Source: Chthonomonadaceae bacterium (lineage in GTDB: Bacteria; Armatimonadota; Chthonomonadetes; Chthonomonadales; Chthonomonadaceae). From it: a stretch of DNA of 20,000 nucleotides. Made by a program: the position numbers and the translations under genes. The notes below the pieces were generated by a model. That model was given only the letters and a program-made list of their open reading frames with translations, searched no databases and had not been told where the DNA came from. This document shows, in pieces, positions 1 through 8,742 of the stretch. The stretch covers positions 50,892 through 70,891 of the forward strand of contig DASRGZ010000119.1 of NCBI GenBank assembly GCA_035650735.1. Reading direction: 5' to 3'. How positions within the stretch are numbered: the stretch's first letter is position 1; each line of letters opens with the position of its first letter.

Positions 1-1144
1 TCAGGGTGATGAAGGCGGGCAGACTCTCTTCGAGGCGCTCAAAGGGGATCTCGCGGACATGGGCGAGCATCAGGAAACCGACCACGATGAGCGCGGGCGC
101 GGTGGCCTGGGCCGGAACGACGCTCACTAGCGGCGCGAAGAAGAGCGCGACCAAAAATAGCACGCCGACCACCGCTGAAGTCAGCCCGGTGCGCCCGCCT
201 TCCCCGACGCCGCTGGCGCTCTCGATATAGGTGGTCGTGCTGGACGCGCCGCAGATCCCGCCCCACATCGCCGCCAGGCCGTCCACAAAGAGGATGTCGC
301 GTAGGCGCGGCAGCCGCCCCTCTTTATCCACCAGCCCGGCCTGCCGCCCCACCCCGATAATCGTTCCCATCGCGTCGAAAAAGTCGCTCATGATGAACGC
401 GAGGATGGTAGCCCAGAGCGCCGGGTTCAGCGCGGCCAGCACATTAGCCTTGCCGAAAGTTGAGAAGTCCGGCTGAGTGAGGAGCGTTTTGGGAGGCACG
501 GCCACGCGCGCCGCCAGGGCGATCAGCGTGGTCAGGATAATTCCAAGTAGCAGCGCCGACCGCCAGCGCAGGGTGAATAGAATCAGCGTGATCGCCAGCC
601 CTGCCGTCGCCACCAGCACCGCCTTGTCGTGGAAGGAGCCATAGGTGAGCGGCGCCGCCGGGCTGTTCATCTTAACGAGGCCCGCGTTGACCATGCCCAG
701 CAGCGTGATAAACAGCCCGATGCCCACCGAGATCGCCTGCTTCAACGAGAGCGGAATGGCGTTCATGATGGCCTCGCGCGTGCGCGTGAGCACCAGCAAG
801 GCGATGATAAGGCCCTCGACGACCACGATTCCCATCGCCGTCGGCCAGGGCACCCCGTTTTTCAGACAGACGCCGAAAGCCAGCACCCCGTTAAGGCCCA
901 TGCCCGGCGCCAGCGCATAGGGCGTGTTCGTCCAGAGGCCCATCAGAAGCGTCGGAACGGCGGCGGCCAGGCAGGTCCCGGCGGCCAGCGCAGGAACGCT
1001 GTGCTTTAAGCCGGGGATATTGCTCAGGATTAGCGGGTTGACAAAGATGATGTAGGCCATCGTCATGAAGGTCGTCAACCCGGCGGTCAACTCTGTGCGC
1101 ACGTCGGTGCCGCGCTGTCTGAGCCTGAAGTATCTCTCCAGCAT
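1..1144 (-). CDS. NCS2/AzgA-PbuG family purine/xanthine-uracil permease (3' end runs off the window)
   Basis: Not in the ORF track because it is open at the window edge. Manual translation from ATG 1144 gives MLERYFRLRQRGTDVRTELTAGLTTFMTMAYIIFVNPLILS...ALAPGMGLNG..., and later TTYIESASGVGEGGRTGL. These are AzgA/PbuG-type motifs. AAGGAGG lies upstream, overlapping the stop of the previous gene. Confidence 0.92.
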   Translation of the reverse strand, partial: MLERYFRLRQRGTDVRTELTAGLTTFMTMAYIIFVNPLILSNIPGLKHSVPALAAGTCLAAAVPTLLMGLWTNTPYALAPGMGLNGVLAFGVCLKNGVPWPTAMGIVVVEGLIIALLVLTRTREAIMNAIPLSLKQAISVGIGLFITLLGMVNAGLVKMNSPAAPLTYGSFHDKAVLVATAGLAITLILFTLRWRSALLLGIILTTLIALAARVAVPPKTLLTQPDFSTFGKANVLAALNPALWATILAFIMSDFFDAMGTIIGVGRQAGLVDKEGRLPRLRDILFVDGLAAMWGGICGASSTTTYIESASGVGEGGRTGLTSAVVGVLFLVALFFAPLVSVVPAQATAPALIVVGFLMLAHVREIPFERLEESLPAFITL

Positions 1145-1162
1145 GGGACGCGACCATCCTCC

Positions 1163-2209
1163 TTAACGCAGCCACTCGTCTCGATGCACCGCCACAAAGG
1201 CGTCGTCGCTCAGTTCCGGGTAGGCGCGCAGCACGCGGTCTATCTGTTCCTGCTGCCCTGGCGACAGTCCTTCGTGCGGGTCGAGGCACCAGATACCCCG
1301 CATCAATCCCTGGCGGCGCAGCACCTCATGGATGCCCGCGATGCAGCCCGCAAAGCCGTTGGCCGCGTCGAAAAAGGCCGCATTGGCATCCGTGACCGCT
1401 ATCGCCTGCGTCAGCCACTCCGATTCCATCTGCGGGCGGTTGCGGGCGCGCTTGATGTCCTCCAGCATCTCCACCGCCTTCTGCGTCCAGACGGCCCAAT
1501 GCCCGAGTAGCCCGCCCGCGATCTGGCGCTCCACCCGCCTTCCTGCGACCGGGAGGACGTACCGGGTCAGCAGGTCTACCACAATGTTATCGTCATTGCC
1601 GGTATAAAGGGCGATGTCGTCCCGGCCCGACTCGGCGACGGCGCGCACCACGTCGAGCGTCTGGTAGCGGTTAAAGGGGGCGATTTTGATGGCGGCCACG
1701 TTCTCGATCTCGGTGAAGCGCCGCCAGAAGGCATAGGAAAACACCCGTCCCCCGACCGCCGGCTGCAAATAGAAGCCGAAAATCGGCAGGACTTCGGCCA
1801 CCGTGCGGCAGTGGCGTAGCACCGCGTCGTCGTCGGCTTCTTTCCAGGCGCTCAGGCTCAGCAGCCCCACGTGGTAGCCGAGCGCGCGCGCCAGCTCCGC
1901 CTCCGCCACCGCCTGCGCCGTCTGCCCGCAGATTCCCGCCACCTTCACAAAGGCGCGCGCCCGCCCGGCCAACGCCGCGTCCACCGTTTCCGAGGCCAGT
2001 TCCAGCACCGGCTTGAGCAGGCCATACTGCGGCTCGCGAATGGCAAACTGCGTGGTGTGTACCCCAACGGCCATGCCGCCCGCGCCCGCCGCCACGTAGT
2101 AGCGCGTTAGCGCCCGCTGATAGCGCTCGTCCAGCTTGCGCTCCGGCGTCAGCGCCAGCGGGTGCGCCGGAATCACCTTCCCCGCCAGCAAATGGTCCCG
2201 CAGTTCCAC
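1163..2209 (-). CDS. Dihydrodipicolinate synthase-like class I aldolase/dehydratase (probably sugar-acid catabolism)
   Basis: ORF 1163..2251 contains VIPAHPLAL, GVHTTQF, FYLQPAVGG, IKIAPFNRY (Schiff-base Lys) and YTGNDD. The likely start is GTG 2209, downstream of AAAGGA. Confidence 0.85.
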   Translation of the reverse strand: MELRDHLLAGKVIPAHPLALTPERKLDERYQRALTRYYVAAGAGGMAVGVHTTQFAIREPQYGLLKPVLELASETVDAALAGRARAFVKVAGICGQTAQAVAEAELARALGYHVGLLSLSAWKEADDDAVLRHCRTVAEVLPIFGFYLQPAVGGRVFSYAFWRRFTEIENVAAIKIAPFNRYQTLDVVRAVAESGRDDIALYTGNDDNIVVDLLTRYVLPVAGRRVERQIAGGLLGHWAVWTQKAVEMLEDIKRARNRPQMESEWLTQAIAVTDANAAFFDAANGFAGCIAGIHEVLRRQGLMRGIWCLDPHEGLSPGQQEQIDRVLRAYPELSDDAFVAVHRDEWLR

Positions 2210-2248
2210 GCTCGATCCTTTCTTCAAACCACCTGCTGCTAAAGATTC

Positions 2249-2403
2249 CAACAGGATTAAACAGGATTTCTCAGGATTTACAGGATTAAGGCAAGAGAGA
2301 AAAGTCTTCCAGTCAACTTGTAATCCAGAGGAACAGAAATTCGGTTGGTTGGGTGGGTTTTAGAAATCCTGTTTAATCCTGCCTAATCCTGTTAATCCTG
2401 TTG
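2249..2403. repeat. Inverted arrays of CAGGATT 9-10-mer repeats (MITE/REP-like hairpin)
   Basis: CAGGATT occurs at 2252, 2262, 2272 and 2281; AATCCTG occurs at 2365, 2375, 2385 and 2394. There is a perfect 20-bp inverted repeat at 2252-2271 / 2362-2381. Confidence 0.85.
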
Positions 2404-2422
2404 AAAGGTTTGTTGCGGGTGG

Positions 2423-3481
2423 TTAAAATTTGCCGTCCCGCGCCTCGAAGTGAGTCGGCTTATTGAGGGTGGGGCCACCCTGCTGCACCCATTGCGCGAC
2501 CCACTCGGTCATCTGCTCCAGCGTCACCGTCGGGTAGCCGAAGAGGCGGTGCGCCTGGCCGGCGTTGCTCAGGAGGGCCGTCTCCGCCTCCTCGCCCACA
2601 AAGGCCGGCGCACGCCCCAGCAGTTCGCCAAAGCGCGCCGCCAGCGTCCGAATAGAGACCGTTTCCGGGCCGGTGATGTTGAGGGCGACGGGCGGGCAAG
2701 CCGCGTGCTCCAGGCATTGAATGGCCCAGGCGCTCGCGTCGCCCTGCCAGATCACGTTAACGTGTCCCATCGTCAGGTCTACCGGCTCGCCCTGCGCGAC
2801 CTTCTGCGCCACGTCCAGCAGGACGCCGTAGCGCAGGTCAATCGCATAGTTCAGGCGGAAAAGCAGCGTCGGCGTGCCGTGCAGCCTGGAGAAGTATTCA
2901 AACACGCGCTCGCGCCCGATACAGGAGTTGGCGTACTCGCCCAGCGGCTCCAGCGGGTCGCCCTCGCGGGAGCCGCCTCGCGCGATGGGCGAATTGGGAT
3001 AGACGCAGCCGGTGGAGAAGACGACCGTGCGCGCGCCAGCGTACCGCTCCGCCACCAGCGCCGGAACGAGCGTGTTCAGCACCCAGGTGCGCTCCGGCGC
3101 CTCCGTCGTGCCGAACTTCTGTCCCGCCATGAAAATGACGTTGGGCGCGTCGGGCAGGCCTTGCACGTCCGCGCGGTTAAGTAGGTCGCAGCGCAGCGGC
3201 TCCACGCCATGCGCTTTCAGTTCTTCGGCCACCGCCGGATTAGAAAAGCGGGCCACTCCATAGACGCGCTGCGTCCTGCCTAGCGTATCCCAAGCGCGTC
3301 GGATCATGCGCGCCAGCGTCGGCCCCATCTTGCCGCCGACGCCCAGCACGGCGATATCGCCCTCCAGTTCCTCTAATGCCTCCAGCACCTCCGCCGTCGG
3401 GCGCGAGAGCAGTTCCTCCAACTCTGCCTCATCCTTGGGCGCAGGCTGGTCCGGCGGTATCACTCGACTTACTGCATGCAT
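2423..3481 (-). CDS. NAD-dependent epimerase/dehydratase (extended SDR)
   Basis: Rossmann motif VLGVGGKMG, plus FSTGCVY, EYANSC and LFRLNYA. The family is commonly paired with DHDPS-like genes. Confidence 0.88.
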   Translation of the reverse strand: MHAVSRVIPPDQPAPKDEAELEELLSRPTAEVLEALEELEGDIAVLGVGGKMGPTLARMIRRAWDTLGRTQRVYGVARFSNPAVAEELKAHGVEPLRCDLLNRADVQGLPDAPNVIFMAGQKFGTTEAPERTWVLNTLVPALVAERYAGARTVVFSTGCVYPNSPIARGGSREGDPLEPLGEYANSCIGRERVFEYFSRLHGTPTLLFRLNYAIDLRYGVLLDVAQKVAQGEPVDLTMGHVNVIWQGDASAWAIQCLEHAACPPVALNITGPETVSIRTLAARFGELLGRAPAFVGEEAETALLSNAGQAHRLFGYPTVTLEQMTEWVAQWVQQGGPTLNKPTHFEARDGKF

Positions 3482-3495
3482 GGGTTTTTCCTTCT

Positions 3496-3659
3496 ACCTA
3501 ACCCCCCGGCCCCCACTGCTAGGGTCGGCCCTGCAACGGTTCGGGCCTCCGCCTAGCGATCCTACGAGGGAAGGGAGGGACCCGGCTTCTCGGTTCCCCC
3601 TCTCCCGCAGCGTGGGAGAGGGGGTTAGGGGGTGGGGGCCATTAGGGCCGGGAGTTAGG
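3496..3659. repeat. REP-like GC-rich palindromic element containing a 48-bp hairpin cassette (3515-3562)
   Basis: CCCCCTCTCCC-gcagcgt-GGGAGAGGGGG hairpin, with outer CCTAACCCCC / GGGGGTTAGG arms. The cassette is repeated at 4769-4816. Confidence 0.8.
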
Positions 3660-4626
3660 TTTGTATCGGATAGCCGCCCCGGATGGTATCCACCAACTCC
3701 ATTGTCTGCACGGCATCAGCGAAGTGGCTGGAGGGCTGGCGGCCATCCAAAATGCAATCCACGAAATGCCGGGCCTGCTGGTAGAAGCCGTTGAGCTTGC
3801 GCGCATCCGAAGCGTCCGCGCCGAGCACCTCCGCCGCCGTGCGGTGACGCCGCTGGCTGCCCTCAAGAATCAACTCGTCCATAGCGGTAAGCTGCTCCAC
3901 GTAGGCCGAGTAGCCCGGACTGTGTACCTCAAAGCAATGCATGCGCCCTCCGACGTTCCAGTTGCTTTGCAGGACGCCGGTAACGCCGTTGTCGAAGGCG
4001 ACCAGGGCGTTCCAGGCGTTGGGGACCGGCGAGTCGTACTGCCCGACGACCGAGGCAACATGGACAACATTGCCGCCGGCCAGATATCTTAGCGTGTCTA
4101 CCGCGTGAATGGCGTCACAGCCGATCACATCCACCGCACCATCGTAGTAGATGGCGGAGGCGCCCTTGAAGAACGTGGCCTGCGCCTGAAGGATATTTCC
4201 GCGCTGCTTCGCCTCATCCAGCGCCAGGTTGAGCAGCGGGTCGTGCCGGCGATTGAAGCCGACCTGCGTGAGGCAGCCGTTTTCCGCCGCCAGGCGGGCC
4301 ATCGCCTGCGTCTGGAACGTCGTGACGGCGGGCGGCTTCTCGATAAAGACATGCAGGCCGCGCTTGAGGCAGGTAACGACGATGTCAAAGAGTTGGTGGG
4401 GCGGCATGAAGACGCAGACGGCCTGCGGCTCTATCGCATCCAGCATCTCCCGGTAGTCGGCAAAGTGGCGTGGGATGTCCAGCTTTTCCGCCAGCGCCGC
4501 GCGCTTCTCTGCGACCAGATCGCACAGGCCCGCCAGTTCCACTTCCCGAAACTCGGCCAGGGAAGGATAGTGGAATGTGCTCGCCATCCCGCCAGCGCCG
4601 ATCAGGCCAAACTTGATTTTGGACAT
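3655..4626 (-). CDS. Gfo/Idh/MocA family oxidoreductase
   Basis: GLIGAGGMA Rossmann motif, HVFIEKPP, QVGFNRR and DAIHAVD. GGAG lies upstream of ATG 4626. Confidence 0.92.
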   Translation of the reverse strand: MSKIKFGLIGAGGMASTFHYPSLAEFREVELAGLCDLVAEKRAALAEKLDIPRHFADYREMLDAIEPQAVCVFMPPHQLFDIVVTCLKRGLHVFIEKPPAVTTFQTQAMARLAAENGCLTQVGFNRRHDPLLNLALDEAKQRGNILQAQATFFKGASAIYYDGAVDVIGCDAIHAVDTLRYLAGGNVVHVASVVGQYDSPVPNAWNALVAFDNGVTGVLQSNWNVGGRMHCFEVHSPGYSAYVEQLTAMDELILEGSQRRHRTAAEVLGADASDARKLNGFYQQARHFVDCILDGRQPSSHFADAVQTMELVDTIRGGYPIQT

Positions 4627-4749
4627 AGCTTCCGCTCCCTTGAGTGCCCGGTAGAACTGCGCCGAGGGCTAGGGCTATTGTAGGCATTGGAACCGAATTC
4701 GTCAAGAGGTCAAGCACCTTCGACGCCAATGAACTCCCTGCGGCGACTG

Positions 4750-5037
4750 CCCTCACCCCCTGCCCCCTACTGCCAGGGTCGGCCCTGCAATGGTTCGGGC
4801 CTCCGCCTGGCGATCCCCAAGAACAGGGGAGGGGAGAGGGGAAGCCTTGTTCTACCCTCATCCCCGGCCCTTCTCCCTAGCAGGGAGAAGGGAGAAGAGA
4901 AGCCGGGTCCCCCCCTTCCCTGTGAGCGGAGCAAAGGTTCCTTAGTCCCTTAGAACCTTAGAACCCTAGCACCCTCAGAACCCTAGCACCTTGTGAGCGT
5001 AGCGAACGTATTAGGGAAGGGGGACGGGGGTAGGTCA
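4750..5037. repeat. Nested REP-like cluster: hairpins, second 48-bp cassette (4769-4816) and an 8-9-mer tandem tract (4937-4991)
   Basis: Hairpins CCCTTCTCCCT-agc-AGGGAGAAGGG and CCCCCTTCCCT...AGGGAAGGGGG. The latter encloses cttagaac/cctagcac/cctcagaac repeats flanked by TGTGAGCG(G/T)AGC copies. Confidence 0.8.
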
Positions 5038-5130
5038 AGAAGGGCCGAAGGAGGACGCAGGAATCTCCCCTTCAGACCGCGAATGGGAATGCCATCGTAG
5101 CCAGGCAGGGAACCCAGGAGGCAGGTAGAG

Positions 5131-6474
5131 GTGGGCTTGACAGGACAAAGGCTAAAGCCGGTAATCCGGGAGCGGAGAACGCAGGGCTTCTCCGCTCCCG
5201 CCGCACTACTGCTCGTCCTCCTGCTGCTGGCGTGGGCGGCGCTGCCGGGCTGCGGCAGGCTGCGGGCGGCGGAGAAGAACACGATTACCATCCGATCCTC
5301 CTTCTGGGGAGCGGCGCAGGACGCCAAAGTCTGGCAGGAGCTGGCGCGGGAATTTGAACGACAGCATCCGAACATCCGGATCCAACTCGAACATATCGCC
5401 GGGCAGGACTATCACGCCAAGCTGTTTGCCATGGCGGTCGGGCGCTGCCTGCCCGATGTGATGGCTACCGACGATGAGCCGTTTCGCTTCCTCTCCGACA
5501 ACGGCGTCTACGAAGACCTCACGCCCTACCTGGCCCATGAGCCGCAGCTGGCCCGCAACCAGTTTTATACCGCCGCCTACGATACATTCCACGTAGGCAA
5601 GAGGCAATACGCCCTGCCCTACATCGCCCATTGCCTGCTCATCTACTACAACCGCGACCACCGCCGCGCCGCCGGATTGCCCCCCGATCCCAAGCCCAAC
5701 TGGACCTGGGAGGACTTCAACCACGATGCCATTGCCCTGACCCGCGACCTGGACGGCGACGGGCGCATAGACCAGTTCGGCGCCAACCGCCTCTCCTGGT
5801 TCTATTGCCTGCAATGGATATGGGGCGCGGGCGGCACGGACATGGACCCGCAGATGACCCGCTACGTCTTCGATACGCCGCAGGCCAAGCGCGGCTTCCA
5901 GTTCCACTACGACCAGATGCACAAGTACCACATCTGCCCGATGGAAAGCGACCTGCCCAACATGACCTGGGAATCCATGTTCCTGACGGGCAAGGTCTCG
6001 ATGTTCATGACCGGCTCCTGGTGGCTGGAGCAGTGCCGCCAGGCTAAGAACATAGACTGGGACGTGGCTCCCATGCCGCGCGGCCCGGTCTGCCAGGCCA
6101 CGCGCGCCACCACCGAGGGCCTGGCGATCTCGCCGCAATCCCCGCATAAACAAGAGGCATGGGAGTGGATCAAGTTCGTCCTGAGCGATGCGGGGCAAGC
6201 CGTCTTTGCGCGCTACGGGCGCGGCATTCCCAGCATTCGGCGCGTGGCGCAGCAGGTCTTTCCCGACCCGAAGACGCCACAGCATGAGGAGCGCTTCCTC
6301 TATGCCCTCGACCGCTACGCCCACATCACCAGCATTCACGCCCACTGGCTACAGACGGCCCGCGTCTTCGACCGGGAGTGGGACCGCGTCATGATGGGCA
6401 AAATTAATATTGACCAGTTCGTGCGGATCTCCCTGCCGGAAGTCAACGCCATTGTGCGAGGAGAGGACGAGTGA
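5131..6474 (+). CDS. Sugar ABC transporter substrate-binding lipoprotein (CUT1, SBP_bac_1/8)
   Basis: Hydrophobic signal with lipobox-like LPGC, then FERQHPNIRIQLE, YALPY...IYYNRD, WTWEDF, DLDGDGRIDQFG and FLTGKVSM. GGAGG lies upstream of the GTG start. Confidence 0.92.
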   Translation: MGLTGQRLKPVIRERRTQGFSAPAALLLVLLLLAWAALPGCGRLRAAEKNTITIRSSFWGAAQDAKVWQELAREFERQHPNIRIQLEHIAGQDYHAKLFAMAVGRCLPDVMATDDEPFRFLSDNGVYEDLTPYLAHEPQLARNQFYTAAYDTFHVGKRQYALPYIAHCLLIYYNRDHRRAAGLPPDPKPNWTWEDFNHDAIALTRDLDGDGRIDQFGANRLSWFYCLQWIWGAGGTDMDPQMTRYVFDTPQAKRGFQFHYDQMHKYHICPMESDLPNMTWESMFLTGKVSMFMTGSWWLEQCRQAKNIDWDVAPMPRGPVCQATRATTEGLAISPQSPHKQEAWEWIKFVLSDAGQAVFARYGRGIPSIRRVAQQVFPDPKTPQHEERFLYALDRYAHITSIHAHWLQTARVFDREWDRVMMGKINIDQFVRISLPEVNAIVRGEDE

Positions 6475-7493
6475 ACGTGCAGCCTCCACCCGAGATACCC
6501 GTTTCCCTCTCGCGCCGGGATACAGGCGACGCGGCGGGATATGGCCCCTCCCACGCCGGGCGAGACGGCCGCAGGCCGGTGCGGGCCGGCAGCGCGACGC
6601 GGCGCCGGAGATATTGGGGGCAAACGCTGGAGGGCTACCTCTTCGTCGCTCCCTGGATCGTGGGGTTCGTCACCTTCACCGTGGGGGCCATGCTCTACGC
6701 GGTCTGGATGTCGTTCCAGCGCTGGAACCTGCTTGCGCCGCCGCAGTTCGTTGGGCTGGCAAACTATCAGAAAGCCTTCTGCCGTGACCCGCTGTTCTGG
6801 CAAGCGCTCGCCAACACGGCCTACTACGCCTTTGTCAGCGTGCCGCTGCGCATCCTGGCCGCCCTGCTGCTGGCCGTGCTGCTCAATCAATCGGTGCGCG
6901 GGCTGCCCATTTTCCGCACGATCTTCTACCTGCCCTCCGTGGTGACGGGCGTGGCGACCTCCATGCTCTGGATGCTGCTGCTCAACCCGGACGTGGGCGG
7001 CATCAACTTCGTGCTGCGCCGCCTGGGCGTGGCGCACCCGCCCGGCTGGCTGACGGATGAGCACTGGGCCATGCCCGCCCTCATCCTGATGAGCCTCTGG
7101 AGCGTCGGCGGGATGATGTTGATCTTTCTGGCCGGACTGCAGAGCGTCCCCGACGAGCTACTGGACGCGGCGCACGTAGACGGCGCGGGCGCCTGGCACC
7201 GCTTCCGCCACATCACCGTGCCCATGCTCACGCCTGCCATCCTGTTCAATCTGGTCATCTCGGTTATCGCGGGCTTTCAGGTCTTCACGCAGACCTACAT
7301 CATGACCGGCGGCGGCCCCGCCAACGCCACGCTGACCTACGTGCTCTATCTCTATCGCAACGCCTTCGAGTACTTCCGCATCGGCTATGCCTCCGCGCTG
7401 GCCTGGATTCTCTTTTTTATCATCCTGGGGCTGACTCTGCTGATCTTGCGCTCCTCTGCCTTCTGGGTTCACTACGAGGGCGAGCGGCATTAA
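6471..7493 (+). CDS. Carbohydrate ABC transporter permease (MalF/UgpA-like)
   Basis: GYLFVAPW, FVGLANY, FRTIFYLPSV, EAA loop ELLDAAHVDGAGAWHRFRHITVPML and GYASALAW. GTGA overlap with the upstream gene. Confidence 0.93.
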   Translation: MNVQPPPEIPVSLSRRDTGDAAGYGPSHAGRDGRRPVRAGSATRRRRYWGQTLEGYLFVAPWIVGFVTFTVGAMLYAVWMSFQRWNLLAPPQFVGLANYQKAFCRDPLFWQALANTAYYAFVSVPLRILAALLLAVLLNQSVRGLPIFRTIFYLPSVVTGVATSMLWMLLLNPDVGGINFVLRRLGVAHPPGWLTDEHWAMPALILMSLWSVGGMMLIFLAGLQSVPDELLDAAHVDGAGAWHRFRHITVPMLTPAILFNLVISVIAGFQVFTQTYIMTGGGPANATLTYVLYLYRNAFEYFRIGYASALAWILFFIILGLTLLILRSSAFWVHYEGERH

Positions 7494-7569
7494 AGGCCGG
7501 CCATGAAACCCGTTGACTCTTCGAGGGCTTCGACGGCTCACTCGATTCGTTCCAGATTAAAAGCAGACC

Positions 7570-8673
7570 ATGAAACTCGTTGACTTCAGACCGGAACCCA
7601 TGAGCCCCTCTGTCCGTGGACGGATGAAGCAGCACCTCTGCCGCTACAGCGTACAGAACGGCCTTCGGCGTGCCCTGACGTATGCCGCCCTCCTGCTCGG
7701 CGCGGCGGTCTACCTGCTGCCTTTCCTCTGGATGGTCTCCAGCTCGTTTAAGGATCTGGAGACCGTTTTCGAGTACCCGCCCACGCTGCTGCCGATGGAG
7801 ACGCTGACCGCGGAGCGGGGGGGCAAGCGCTACAAGCTGGCCGACTACACGCCGCCGGGCGGCCAGCCCGTTCGGTCGGTCCTGATCGCCGATCAGCGTC
7901 CCGGGCAGTACCGGGTCGAGCCGGTCGGCGCCGGGGGGCCGCAGGCGCGGGAGTGGGTGGCCGCGAGTGCGGTCGAGGTGCGGCGGCGCATCCATTTCCG
8001 CGTCGAAAACTATCGCGCCGCCTGGACTGCCGCGCCGTTTACCCAGTTCCTGATGAACACCTTGATCATCACCGGCCTGGGCATCCTCGGGCAGGTGCTC
8101 TCGGCGAGCTTAGTGGCCTTTGGCTTTGCGCGCCTGCGCTGGCCGGGCCGTAATCTGCTGTTCCTGGTCGTGCTGGCTACCATGATGCTGCCGGGCGAGG
8201 TGACGATGATCCCCACCTACCTCATCTTCCGGCGTCTGGGCTGGATAGATACCTTCCTGCCGCTGATCGTGCCCTCGTTTCTGGGCGGCGGCGCCTTCTC
8301 CATCTTCCTCTTCCGCCAGTTCTTCATGACGCTGCCGCGCGAGCTGGACGAGGCCGCGCGCGTAGACGGCTGCTCCTCCTTTGCCATCTACTGGCACATA
8401 CTGATGCCCCTCTGCAAGCCGATCCTGGCCACCCTGGCCGTCTTCTCCTTCGTGGCCAACTGGAACGACTTCCTGACCCCCCTGATCTACCTCAACAGCG
8501 CCGACAAATTCACCCTGGCCGTGGGCCTACGCTTCTTCCAGGGCGTCTACAATACCGAGATGCAGCTTCTGATGGCTGCCTCAACCCTCGTGCTGCTGCC
8601 GGTCCTGCTCGTCTTCTTCCTCGGACAAAGATACTTCGTCAAAAGCATCGTCCTGACGGGCATCAAGGGCTGA
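7570..8673 (+). CDS. Carbohydrate ABC transporter permease (MalG/UgpE-like)
   Basis: LLPFLWMVSSSFK, AFGFARLRWPGR, EAA loop ELDEAARVDGCS, WNDFLTPLIYL and QRYFVKSI. Confidence 0.93.
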   Translation: MKLVDFRPEPMSPSVRGRMKQHLCRYSVQNGLRRALTYAALLLGAAVYLLPFLWMVSSSFKDLETVFEYPPTLLPMETLTAERGGKRYKLADYTPPGGQPVRSVLIADQRPGQYRVEPVGAGGPQAREWVAASAVEVRRRIHFRVENYRAAWTAAPFTQFLMNTLIITGLGILGQVLSASLVAFGFARLRWPGRNLLFLVVLATMMLPGEVTMIPTYLIFRRLGWIDTFLPLIVPSFLGGGAFSIFLFRQFFMTLPRELDEAARVDGCSSFAIYWHILMPLCKPILATLAVFSFVANWNDFLTPLIYLNSADKFTLAVGLRFFQGVYNTEMQLLMAASTLVLLPVLLVFFLGQRYFVKSIVLTGIKG

Positions 8674-8742
8674 TGTCTCCATCCCTTCTGGCATGCGGCC
8701 TCCCTGCACTGGGCTCAGGGCAAGCGCTCAGGGAAGCATCGC

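Noticed and set aside
3515..3562. HDV-like or other self-cleaving ribozyme identity for the 48-bp cassette
   Set aside because: It folds as a simple interrupted hairpin, and I could not find the nested pseudoknot or catalytic consensus on either strand.
5206..6345. Long antisense ORFs (5206..6345, also 12438..13538, 14724..15554, 2450..3184, 10064..10828, 18670..19443)
   Set aside because: These are shadow ORFs opposite well-supported genes in high-GC DNA, with no recognisable motifs.
7501..7585. 18-bp direct repeat with 67-bp period as a CRISPR array
   Set aside because: It is too short, has two copies only and overlaps a start codon. A duplication explains it better.
8712..8738. GCTCAGGG(C)AAGC tandem pair between convergent genes as a terminator
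   Set aside because: There is no strong stem plus U-tract. It is probably a degenerate short repeat, too weak to call.
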